Of a stretch of DNA of 36,299 bases, positions 16,354 through 25,477 are shown piece after piece. The notes beneath the pieces were generated by a model. It worked only from the letters and a program-made list of their open reading frames with translations, was not told where the DNA came from and did no database searches. Source of the DNA: Candidatus Nomurabacteria bacterium RIFCSPLOWO2_01_FULL_39_17 (GTDB taxonomy: Bacteria > Patescibacteriota > Minisyncoccia > Phycocordibacterales > UBA9973); contig MFUU01000005.1 of NCBI GenBank assembly GCA_001785805.1, positions 1 through 36,299 of the forward strand, read 5' to 3'. Position 1 is the stretch's first letter, and each line of letters starts with the position of its first letter. The position numbers and the translations under genes are program-made.

Positions 16354-17367
16354 TCACTTTTTACTTAGAACTGTCTTTTTGTAAACATTCAAATGCTCTA
16401 AAGCCATACCTGTACCCTTGACCACACAGAAAAGCGGATCTTCGGCGAGAATCGCTTTCACTCCTGTTTTTCTATAAACCAAGTCAGTAAAATTACGAAG
16501 CAAAGAAGAACCGCCAGTCATAATAATGCCGTAATCCATAATATCGGATGCCAGCTCGGGCGGAGTTTCTTGCAACACGTCTTTTATGGCTTTAATAATC
16601 TGCTTTAATTCCGCATCAATAGCTTTCACTATTTCATTGGTGCTCACTTGCGCAGACCTCGGCAACCCCTGGATGAAATCCCTGCCCTTGATGGTTACTT
16701 TTAATTCTTCTTCAAGGTTTACTGCCGCTCCAATTTTTATTTTTACTTCTTCGGCGGTTCTGTCGCCTATCGCCAGATTGAAAGTTTTTTTGATGTAGTC
16801 GGCAATAGCTTGATCGATTTTATTTCCAGCGCATTTGACTGAAGTTGAAGATACAATACCTCCGAGAGAGATGACGGCCACGTCAGTGGTGCCTCCACCG
16901 ATATCGACTACCATATACCCTCTCGATTCATAAATAGGAATACCAGCGCCAATCGCGGCCAGTATCGGCTCCTTCACTACATATGCATTCTTCGCGCCAG
17001 CACGAATAGCGGCTTCAATAACAGCCCGGCGTTCAGTGGAAGTGACTCCCGCGGGAACGGAAACCATCACATCCGGTTTGAAAAAATTAAAGCGTCCCAT
17101 CGCTTTATTTATAAAATATTTAAGCATTGCTTCGGTCACACGGTAATCCGCGATTACTCCATCCTTCATCGGACAATAAGTGATAATGGATTCAGGTGTT
17201 TTTCCAATCATATCTTTAGCTTCGAAACCGATAGCTAGGATTTTATTGTCTTGTTCCGAAACGGCGACCACTGAGGGTTCGTTCAAAACTATGCCCTTGC
17301 CGGGTAGAAATACCAGAGTATTGGCTGTACCCAAATCTATGCCTAATTTCCTCGAAAATATGCTCAT
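16354..17367 (-). CDS. mreB: Rod shape-determining actin homologue MreB
   Basis: GIDLGTANTLV, EPSVVA, VPAGVTSTERRA, MVVDIGGGTTDVAVISLGG and IMTGGSSLLRN match the MreB phosphate and adenosine motifs. Confidence 0.95.
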   Translation of the reverse strand: MSIFSRKLGIDLGTANTLVFLPGKGIVLNEPSVVAVSEQDNKILAIGFEAKDMIGKTPESIITYCPMKDGVIADYRVTEAMLKYFINKAMGRFNFFKPDVMVSVPAGVTSTERRAVIEAAIRAGAKNAYVVKEPILAAIGAGIPIYESRGYMVVDIGGGTTDVAVISLGGIVSSTSVKCAGNKIDQAIADYIKKTFNLAIGDRTAEEVKIKIGAAVNLEEELKVTIKGRDFIQGLPRSAQVSTNEIVKAIDAELKQIIKAIKDVLQETPPELASDIMDYGIIMTGGSSLLRNFTDLVYRKTGVKAILAEDPLFCVVKGTGMALEHLNVYKKTVLSKK

Positions 17368-17381
17368 CTCGTTGGAAGTTA

Positions 17382-17387
17382 ATTATA
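17382..17387 (-). promoter_or_regulatory. Candidate mreB -10 box TATAAT, 14 nt before the ATG
   Basis: The minus strand reads TATAAT-taacttccaacgag-ATG. Only a weak -35 (TAAACA) sits at 17 nt. Confidence 0.3.
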
Positions 17388-17420
17388 CTTAAATCAACCT
17401 ATTATGTTTATAAACGAATT

Positions 17421-17442
17421 CCGTTAGAAGAACTTCTAACGG
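17421..17442. promoter_or_regulatory. Perfect 22-bp palindrome CCGTTAGAAG-AA-CTTCTAACGG between the divergent mreB and priA promoters
   Basis: The 10-bp arms are perfect, with no flanking T-run on either strand. The palindrome lies upstream of both candidate -35 regions. Confidence 0.4.
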
Positions 17443-17501
17443 GACTCATAAAGCTAAATATATCATAACTTATGTTAGAATAGAAAGTATTAACTTTATA
17501 G

Positions 17502-17563
17502 TTCGACGGCGACTCGGACGCCATGAACGAGATTACTCGTTCATGCGCTCCTCGCTTGTCGAA
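17502..17563 (+). promoter_or_regulatory. GC-rich extended hairpin forming the predicted priA 5' leader
   Basis: Three stem segments are present: TTCGAC/GTCGAA (6 bp), GGCGA/TCGCT (5 bp including one G-T), and CATGAACGAG-atta-CTCGTTCATG (10 bp, perfect). The hairpin starts right after a TATAGT box (17497-17502) and ends 8 nt before the priA ATG. Confidence 0.4.
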
Positions 17564-17571
17564 ATGAAAAT

Positions 17572-19518
17572 ATGAAAATTGTGACAGTGATTCCGCTCGC
17601 TAAGGGCGTTTTTAGGGAAAATTTAACCTATTTTACCTCGAAAGAAATAAAAAATGGGAGTGTTGTTAGCATTTCTTTACGCAATAAAAAAATACTGGGT
17701 TTAGTGGTGGCGACAGAGGATGTAAGTGACAGCAAGGGAGATATAAAAAACTTGCAATTCAATCTAAAGAAGATAATAGAAGTGAAAGAAAGTTCTATTT
17801 GGAGAAATGAATATCTTGAATCGATATTCGAAATTAATAAATATTTTGCCGGAAGGGTAAATAATTCCGCCACATCTTTACTTCCGTCTTCTTTGCGCGA
17901 AAGATATGATAAAATTGCGAAAATTTCTACAGAAAACACTCCGGTAATAAATAACACGAAAAATATTAAAATCGAGAAGCTGTTCCTGCAAATGCCGTTA
18001 GAAGATCGCATCTCTTCCTATAAAACAATGATTCGCGGGTATTTCGCTGAAAAAAAATCAGTTTTCATGATACTACCCACCGAATTTGATATTGAAAACT
18101 TCAAAGAAGTGCTCGGCAAGGGAATCGAAAACTTTATTTTTACCATGCACGGAGGATTAACAGATAAAAAAATATCGGAAAACTTTAAAAAAATAATCGA
18201 GAATCCTCACCCGATACTGATACTAGGAACTGCTCCGTTTCTTTCTATTCCACGCATGAATATAGGAGTTATTATTTTAGAACATGAGAGCGCAAATGCT
18301 TATAAAATAATAGGCAAACCATATATAGATTTACGCCTTTTTGCTGAAGTTTTTGCTTCAAAAATAAATGCCAAATTTATACTAGCTGACACTCTTCTGC
18401 GCCTTGAGACAATAGAGAGAAAAGATAGGGACGGTTTTGGCGTGATATATATGCCGTCTTATAGAGTTAATTTCGGCGGGAAAATAGAAGTTTTGGGCAG
18501 AGATTCTACCCGTGCTGCGGGAGAAAAATTCAAAGTATTGTTAGGCGCTAGTATTGAAAAAATAAAATACGCCATAAAAAACAAAAAAAATGTTTTTATA
18601 TTTTCATTAAGAAAAGGACTGGCGACATATACAATATGCGGAGATTGCAATAACACTGTCAACTGCGAGCAGTGCCTCTCTCCGGTAGTGCTATATTTGT
18701 CTCGCGATGGCAAAAAGAAAATGTTCGTCTGTAATAGATGTAAAAAAGAACTTAATCCGGAAACAGTGTGCGCCAACTGCGGAAGCTGGAATTTAATGCC
18801 CTTGGGTATCGGCACGGACACGGTATATGAGGAAATAAAAAAGGAGTTATCAAGTTTTCCAAAAGTTAAAATTTTCAAGCTAGACAAAGAATCAGTAAAA
18901 GGTTCTAAGGAAGCGAAAAAAATCACGAAAGAGTTTGAAAATGCTCCCGGGTCAATTCTCATAGGCACCGAAATGGCTTTCTTTTATCTCAAAGAAAAAG
19001 TTCCGCTCTCGGTAATCGCTTCCTTCGATTCGCTTTGGAGCATACCAAATTTTAAAATTGGAGAAAAAATCATTCAAATACTGCTTTCTATTATTTCTAA
19101 AAGCAAAGAGAATATTGTCATTCAAACAAAAAACAAAGAAGATTCTGCCATTCTCGCAATAACCAAAGAAAATTTACTTCCTTTTGTGCGGGAAGAATTG
19201 GAAGATAGAAAAAATTTGGATTATCCGCCATTTAAGCGTTTTATTAAAATTATATTTTTAGGAAATAAAGATACGATAAAAACTGCCAGACAAAATTTAG
19301 AAAAGATATTTAAAGAATATAATCTGGAGATTTTCAGCAGTTTCATATCAAAAAACAAGGGCCAATATTCTGTAAACGCATTAATAAAAATGGATATAAA
19401 AAAATGGTCGTTGCCCGAATTCTCTGTGGGCGGGAGTCTTGACCAGAATTTATTATCAAAACTTCTTTCTTTGCCACCCGCGTTTTCTGTAAATGTAGAT
19501 CCGGAAGACTTGTTATAA
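17572..19518 (+). CDS. priA: Primosomal protein N' (PriA)-like protein with degenerate helicase motifs
   Basis: The N-terminal 3'-DNA-binding-like region is VIPLAKG...GSVVSISLRNKKILGLVV. The four-CxxC cysteine-rich region CGDC..CEQC..CNRC..CANC..GIGTD is typical of PriA. There is no GxGKT and no DExH (see findings). Confidence 0.75.
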   Translation: MKIVTVIPLAKGVFRENLTYFTSKEIKNGSVVSISLRNKKILGLVVATEDVSDSKGDIKNLQFNLKKIIEVKESSIWRNEYLESIFEINKYFAGRVNNSATSLLPSSLRERYDKIAKISTENTPVINNTKNIKIEKLFLQMPLEDRISSYKTMIRGYFAEKKSVFMILPTEFDIENFKEVLGKGIENFIFTMHGGLTDKKISENFKKIIENPHPILILGTAPFLSIPRMNIGVIILEHESANAYKIIGKPYIDLRLFAEVFASKINAKFILADTLLRLETIERKDRDGFGVIYMPSYRVNFGGKIEVLGRDSTRAAGEKFKVLLGASIEKIKYAIKNKKNVFIFSLRKGLATYTICGDCNNTVNCEQCLSPVVLYLSRDGKKKMFVCNRCKKELNPETVCANCGSWNLMPLGIGTDTVYEEIKKELSSFPKVKIFKLDKESVKGSKEAKKITKEFENAPGSILIGTEMAFFYLKEKVPLSVIASFDSLWSIPNFKIGEKIIQILLSIISKSKENIVIQTKNKEDSAILAITKENLLPFVREELEDRKNLDYPPFKRFIKIIFLGNKDTIKTARQNLEKIFKEYNLEIFSSFISKNKGQYSVNALIKMDIKKWSLPEFSVGGSLDQNLLSKLLSLPPAFSVNVDPEDLL

Positions 19519-19521
19519 ATA

Positions 19522-19530
19522 TGCTATAAT
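19522..19530 (+). promoter_or_regulatory. Extended -10 box TGcTATAAT, 8 nt before the VKOR-family gene ATG
   Basis: TGCTATAAT-ttttccct-ATG. It lies in the 20-nt gap between the priA stop codon (19516-19518) and the VKOR-family ATG (19539). Confidence 0.35.
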
Positions 19531-19538
19531 TTTTCCCT

Positions 19539-19949
19539 ATGACACCGCTTGCCCTGCTTTTCACCTTAGCTTCAATCGGCATAAGTGAAACCGTTTATCT
19601 GATAAAAAAGAGAATAACCGCCCAAAGCCCCATCTGCCCCATTGGCGGAGGTTGTGAAGTTGTATTAACCAGTAAATACAGTAAGTTTTTCCTCGTTCCT
19701 AATGACGTATTGGGACTTTTAGCCTATATAACTATTGCTTTTATCGCGTCTCTGCTTGTTGTTGGAGTTGGTCCTGCGAAGTTCTTTGACAGTGCTTTAG
19801 AAATTTTAGTGGCTATGGCTTCTATCGCTTCGGTTATTTTTACCTATTTGCAATGGCGTGTATTGAAAAACTGGTGTTTCTGGTGCCTGATGAGCGCATT
19901 TACTATCTGGTTTATGGAGATTATTATATTATTTAATAAAACAGTTTAA
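19539..19949 (+). CDS. Vitamin K epoxide reductase (VKOR)-family membrane protein, stand-alone
   Basis: The protein is 136 aa and polytopic. The loop cysteine pair is CPIGGGC, followed by LTSKYSKFFLVPNDVLGLLAY. The redox CxxC is CFWC, in the last TM segment. Confidence 0.75.
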   Translation: MTPLALLFTLASIGISETVYLIKKRITAQSPICPIGGGCEVVLTSKYSKFFLVPNDVLGLLAYITIAFIASLLVVGVGPAKFFDSALEILVAMASIASVIFTYLQWRVLKNWCFWCLMSAFTIWFMEIIILFNKTV

Positions 19950-19950
19950 T

Positions 19951-20358
19951 ATGAGAAAATCAGCATACAACGTTTTAAGAGTCGGCACCGCTATAACCTT
20001 CCTGTGGATTGGAATATTAATTTTCAGAGAACCCAATGCTTGGGGAGGATTTGTAAATCCGTGGGTATTGAAAATAGTGCCATTATCCGTTTATCAAATA
20101 GTCATCACAACAGCCATATTCAATATAATATTGGGTGCTCTTTTGCTACTCGATACGCTGGTGTGGCTCGCAGCACTGTTCGGAGCTATGCATATGATTA
20201 CGATTCTTTTAGTTAGTGGTATTAATGAAATAACGGTGCGGGATATCGCAATCTTATCCGCTACTTTAGCTTTATTCCTTGAATCTATACCACCTGGTAG
20301 TATTGCGTTGTGGTGTAGAAAAGAAGTTAAGCATATCTTTAAGCCACCAACACCGTAA
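19951..20358 (+). CDS. DoxX-like small polytopic membrane protein
   Basis: The protein is 135 aa with four hydrophobic segments. LRVGTAITFLWIGILIF resembles the DoxX N-terminus. The ATG is 1 nt after the VKOR stop. The family assignment is tentative. Confidence 0.4.
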   Translation: MRKSAYNVLRVGTAITFLWIGILIFREPNAWGGFVNPWVLKIVPLSVYQIVITTAIFNIILGALLLLDTLVWLAALFGAMHMITILLVSGINEITVRDIAILSATLALFLESIPPGSIALWCRKEVKHIFKPPTP

Positions 20359-21013
20359 ATTCCCCTTTTTGTTTTACGGGATTTTGGGTTAAATATTTTA
20401 GAAGCTCGGCGGGAGTATCAATTTTAAATTCTTCATAAATTTTTGTTATCTCGCGTGCAATGCAAACTTTTTTATGCGGGCAAAATTTTGTAAGTGATTC
20501 CAGTGTTTTTAAAATACGGTGAGGAGATTCGTAAAATACCATTGTTCTCTTTGATTCGGCAATTTCTTTAAATAAAGTTTCCCTGCCCTTCTTGTGTGGC
20601 AGAAAGCCAAGAAAAGTAAACTCATGGGTTGGAAGTCCGGAAGCGGAAAGCGCGGCAATTAGCGCGGTAGGTCCTGGTATCGGAATTACATCTACGCTAT
20701 AGCGTAGATTGTTTTTTATCTGAGAAACTAGCATCGCTCCAGGGTCAGAAATTCCGGGTGTGCCGGCATCCGACACAAGCGCTAAATCCTTCCCTTCCCT
20801 TAAAAGTTCAAAAATCTTATCAACTTTTGCCAGTTTACTCTGGGCGTGATAGCTCATTGTTGGCTTATTAATATTATATTTATTTAAAATCTTTTTTGTT
20901 TCGCGCGTATCTTCGCAAAGTATCAAATCAACATTCTTCAACGTCTCAACAGCTCGAAGAGTAATGTCTCCAAGATTGCCTATGGGTGTCGCCACAATGT
21001 AAAGTTTTGCCAT
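20339..21013 (-). CDS. rsmI: 16S rRNA (cytidine1402-2'-O)-methyltransferase
   Basis: MAKLYIVATPIGNLGDITLRAVETLKNVDLILCEDTR and SDAGTPGISDPG match RsmI. The ORF track start at 21037 is a TTG extension; the ATG is at 21013. Confidence 0.9.
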   Translation of the reverse strand: MAKLYIVATPIGNLGDITLRAVETLKNVDLILCEDTRETKKILNKYNINKPTMSYHAQSKLAKVDKIFELLREGKDLALVSDAGTPGISDPGAMLVSQIKNNLRYSVDVIPIPGPTALIAALSASGLPTHEFTFLGFLPHKKGRETLFKEIAESKRTMVFYESPHRILKTLESLTKFCPHKKVCIAREITKIYEEFKIDTPAELLKYLTQNPVKQKGEFTVLVA

Positions 21014-21040
21014 GGTTATTACTAAAATTTTTTGCAAAAA

Positions 21041-21487
21041 TTATTTCCTATATTTTCTCGTGCGCCACTTGTCTGCAATCTTGATGCGCGTGATTGAGCG
21101 TTCAAGTTCTGTTTCAAAATGCTCAAAGTCAACAAGTTCTTTATTCTCCATCTGCTTTCTTAATTTCTCTGCTTCCACTTTCGCTTTTTCAATTTTTTCA
21201 TCAGAAAGTTCAGACACATGTTCGGCAAAATCGGCCAGAACAGCAACAAGCGTATGCCCTTCTTCATCTTTTTTCACTTCAATAAATCCCCCAACGACAG
21301 CCATAGGCATTGGCTCCCCGTCCGACACAGCTACGATGTCGCCCGAAGCAAGTCCGGTAATAAGGGGAACATGGTCCGGCAAAACAGTTATCTCGCCATT
21401 CGTAGTCGGCAAACTAACTTGATTCACCAACTCTTCTAAAATAAGTCTTTCGGGCGTAATTATTTTTAATTTAATTTGTTTATTCAT
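21041..21487 (-). CDS. atpC: F1 ATP synthase subunit epsilon
   Basis: LKIITPERLILEELVNQVSLPTTNGEITVLPDHVPLIT matches the N-terminal beta-sandwich, and a C-terminal helical region follows. It is the last gene of the atp operon. Confidence 0.9.
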   Translation of the reverse strand: MNKQIKLKIITPERLILEELVNQVSLPTTNGEITVLPDHVPLITGLASGDIVAVSDGEPMPMAVVGGFIEVKKDEEGHTLVAVLADFAEHVSELSDEKIEKAKVEAEKLRKQMENKELVDFEHFETELERSITRIKIADKWRTRKYRK

Positions 21488-21599
21488 GTTTTTAATATTT
21501 GCTTAGATTTTTTAGAAGGACTACGGAAGCCGACGGGCTGAGTCTTGAGCAAAAATTTAGCAAAATTTTATGCGTGCCTTATAAAAAGTGCTAAGCAAA

Positions 21600-22970
<1,371 letters not shown>

Positions 22971-22996
22971 TTATAACTTTATAAATTTAGCAACTT

Positions 22997-23917
22997 TTAA
23001 TTTAAGGACACCATCCCTGCGCTTATTTCTGAAATTTCTCTGGTAATACCGGCCTGGCGGGCTTTATTAAACATTAGTGTCAGATCGTCTACCATTTCCC
23101 CAGCGGCTTCATTGGCATTCTTCATTGCTATCATTCTGTTTGACTGTTCGGAAGCATTGGATTCAAGAAACATCTGATATATTTGCATCCGGGTCAATTT
23201 TTCTGCCAAAGACCCGATCAAAATATCTTTTTCCCCCTCTAATAAATAATTAATCTTTTTGCCTGCTGTTTCAACGCCCTGTTCATGCGTTATATTAGCC
23301 AAATTTGTTATTAAATCTTTCAAACCGCTTTTAGAAATTGGAATAATTTGTTTTATATTCGGCTTCTGTGAGAGAATTGAAACAAAATCCGTATAGGCCA
23401 TCAATACTTTATCATAAGCCCCAGAACTATATTCATCAATAGCAAGCTTGGATATCGGAATAATGTCGACAAGAGAAATATTGTCTGGAATTTCCACAAA
23501 GCTTGCAATGATTTTTTTACCCAAGCGCCGCATCATCATGTCTCCTTTTTTGCCAATCGCAATAATATCAATATTGGTATCTTTGTCTCCAGTTTTCAGT
23601 AGAGTAAGAACTTTCTTAATTATTTGTGAATTATATGCTCCGCAAAGTCCGCGATTGGATGTAATTAAAATAAGCAAGACATTTTGTTTAGCATCTTTCT
23701 TCTCTCTTTCAATAAAAAGCGGATGGGTAATTTCTTCAACATTTTTTGCAATTGAAGTTAAAACTTCCCAAGAGTATTCGGCATATAGGCGCGAAGCAAG
23801 AGTGGAAGATATTGCGCGCTTCATCTTTGAAGCTGCCACCAATTCCATCGCTTTGGTAATCTTCTTTGTGCTTTTCACGCTCTTTATTCGATTTTTTATC
23901 GCTTTACTGTTTGCCAT
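22997..23917 (-). CDS. atpG: F1 ATP synthase subunit gamma
   Basis: IKNRIKSVKSTKKITKAMELVAASKMKRA lies at the N-terminus, NKARQAGITREISEI at the C-terminus. Confidence 0.92.
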   Translation of the reverse strand: MANSKAIKNRIKSVKSTKKITKAMELVAASKMKRAISSTLASRLYAEYSWEVLTSIAKNVEEITHPLFIEREKKDAKQNVLLILITSNRGLCGAYNSQIIKKVLTLLKTGDKDTNIDIIAIGKKGDMMMRRLGKKIIASFVEIPDNISLVDIIPISKLAIDEYSSGAYDKVLMAYTDFVSILSQKPNIKQIIPISKSGLKDLITNLANITHEQGVETAGKKINYLLEGEKDILIGSLAEKLTRMQIYQMFLESNASEQSNRMIAMKNANEAAGEMVDDLTLMFNKARQAGITREISEISAGMVSLN

Positions 23918-23925
23918 ATTATTTC

Positions 23926-23965
23926 AAGGACTGTCCTTGGGGAAATTCTCTTAAGGACAGTCCTT
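23926..23965 (-). promoter_or_regulatory. Perfect 13-bp inverted repeat (AAGGACTGTCCTT / AAGGACAGTCCTT) filling the atpA-atpG spacer
   Basis: The arms are at 23926-23938 and 23953-23965, with a 14-nt loop. The upstream arm starts directly after the atpA stop codon. Each arm is itself a dyad, AAGGAC-N-GTCCTT. Confidence 0.6.
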
Positions 23966-25477
23966 TTATTTAAAACCACCTTTGAAATCTTCTATCGTTT
24001 TTTTAAGTTCGGCTTCGCCGGCTTCGCTCCACATTTTTGTTTCAATAATTTCTTTATAAAATTTCTTCGCATTATTCTCGGCATAATTTAGAAGACCTTC
24101 TTCAAATTCTTTTATCTTATCTACCGGCACATCATCCATATACCCCTTAGTAAGCGCATAGAGCACCGTTACTTGGCGTTCTGCGACAACCGGAGCGTAT
24201 TGCGGCTGTTTCAATATTTCTACCGCTCTTTTACCGCGTTCTAGCTGTTTTTTGGTAGATTCATCAAGGTCAGAGCCGAACTGCGCGAAGGCTTCAAGCT
24301 CTCGGTATTGAGCTAGGTCAAGCTTGAGAGTTCCCGCCACTTTTTTCATTGCCTTAATCTGGGCGTAAGAACCAACGCGAGATACCGAAGACCCAACATT
24401 CACTGCTGGGCGAATACCTTTATAAAATAAATCGGTTTCAAGAAAAATTTGTCCGTCGGTAATGGAAATAACGTTAGTCGGAATATAGGCAGTTATATCT
24501 CCCGCCTGTGTTTCAATAATCGGCAAGGCGGTAATGGAACCGCCGCCATGTTCTTTATTGCGACGGCAAGCGCGTTCCAGTAGTCGAGAGTGCAAGTAAA
24601 AAACATCTCCCGGGAACGCTTCACGACCCGGCGGACGGCGAAGAAGCAGGGAAATTTCACGGTAGGCAATGGCATGCTTGGAAAGGTCGTCATAAATAAT
24701 AAGCACGTCTTTGCCCTGGTCCATAAAATATTCTGCGATAGCTACCCCGGCATAAGGAGCAATATATAAAAGCGGCGCCGGCAGAGACGCTCCAGCCGAA
24801 ACAATAACGGTGTAAGCCATGGCTCCGCCTTTTTCTAAGCGAGTTTGCAATTTGCGAAGCTTGGAATCTTTTTGGCCAATTGATACATAGATACAAATCA
24901 GATTTTGACCTTTTTGGTTGAGAATCGTGTCAATGGCAATGGCGGTTTTACCAGTCTGACGATCGCCAATAATAAGTTCGCGCTGTCCGCGGCCAATGGG
25001 AATAGTTGCGTCAATAACCTTAATGCCGGTAGAAACCGGTTCGGATACGCCAAGACGGGTAATAACCCCCGGAGCAACTTTTTCTATTGGATATGTTTGC
25101 ATACCGTCTTTTCCGGCTTTAATTGCGCCTTTGCCATCAACAGGAACACCAAGCGAGTTTATTACTCGCCCCATAAGATTGTCGGAAACCGGTATTTCAA
25201 GAATTTTTCCGGTAGCTTTTACTTCATCACCTTCTTTTATTTTGGAAAAATCATCAAGAATAACTGCTCCCACCGTATCTTCTTCTAAATTGAGAGCAAC
25301 CCCCGTTTCGCCATTCGGAAAAATGACCATTTCAGACGACTTCACGTCCGAAAGTCCGGAAACTTTCGCAATTCCGTCGAAAACTTCCACCACATGGCCG
25401 ACCTTCTCCGCCCTTACTTGCGAGGAAAAACTGTCTATCTCTTTTCTTAAATTTTCTACAATAGTGCTGTTGCTCAT
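23966..25477 (-). CDS. atpA: F1 ATP synthase subunit alpha
   Basis: [15 protein letters not shown] (P-loop), [43 protein letters not shown]. Confidence 0.97.
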   Translation of the reverse strand: MSNSTIVENLRKEIDSFSSQVRAEKVGHVVEVFDGIAKVSGLSDVKSSEMVIFPNGETGVALNLEEDTVGAVILDDFSKIKEGDEVKATGKILEIPVSDNLMGRVINSLGVPVDGKGAIKAGKDGMQTYPIEKVAPGVITRLGVSEPVSTGIKVIDATIPIGRGQRELIIGDRQTGKTAIAIDTILNQKGQNLICIYVSIGQKDSKLRKLQTRLEKGGAMAYTVIVSAGASLPAPLLYIAPYAGVAIAEYFMDQGKDVLIIYDDLSKHAIAYREISLLLRRPPGREAFPGDVFYLHSRLLERACRRNKEHGGGSITALPIIETQAGDITAYIPTNVISITDGQIFLETDLFYKGIRPAVNVGSSVSRVGSYAQIKAMKKVAGTLKLDLAQYRELEAFAQFGSDLDESTKKQLERGKRAVEILKQPQYAPVVAERQVTVLYALTKGYMDDVPVDKIKEFEEGLLNYAENNAKKFYKEIIETKMWSEAGEAELKKTIEDFKGGFK

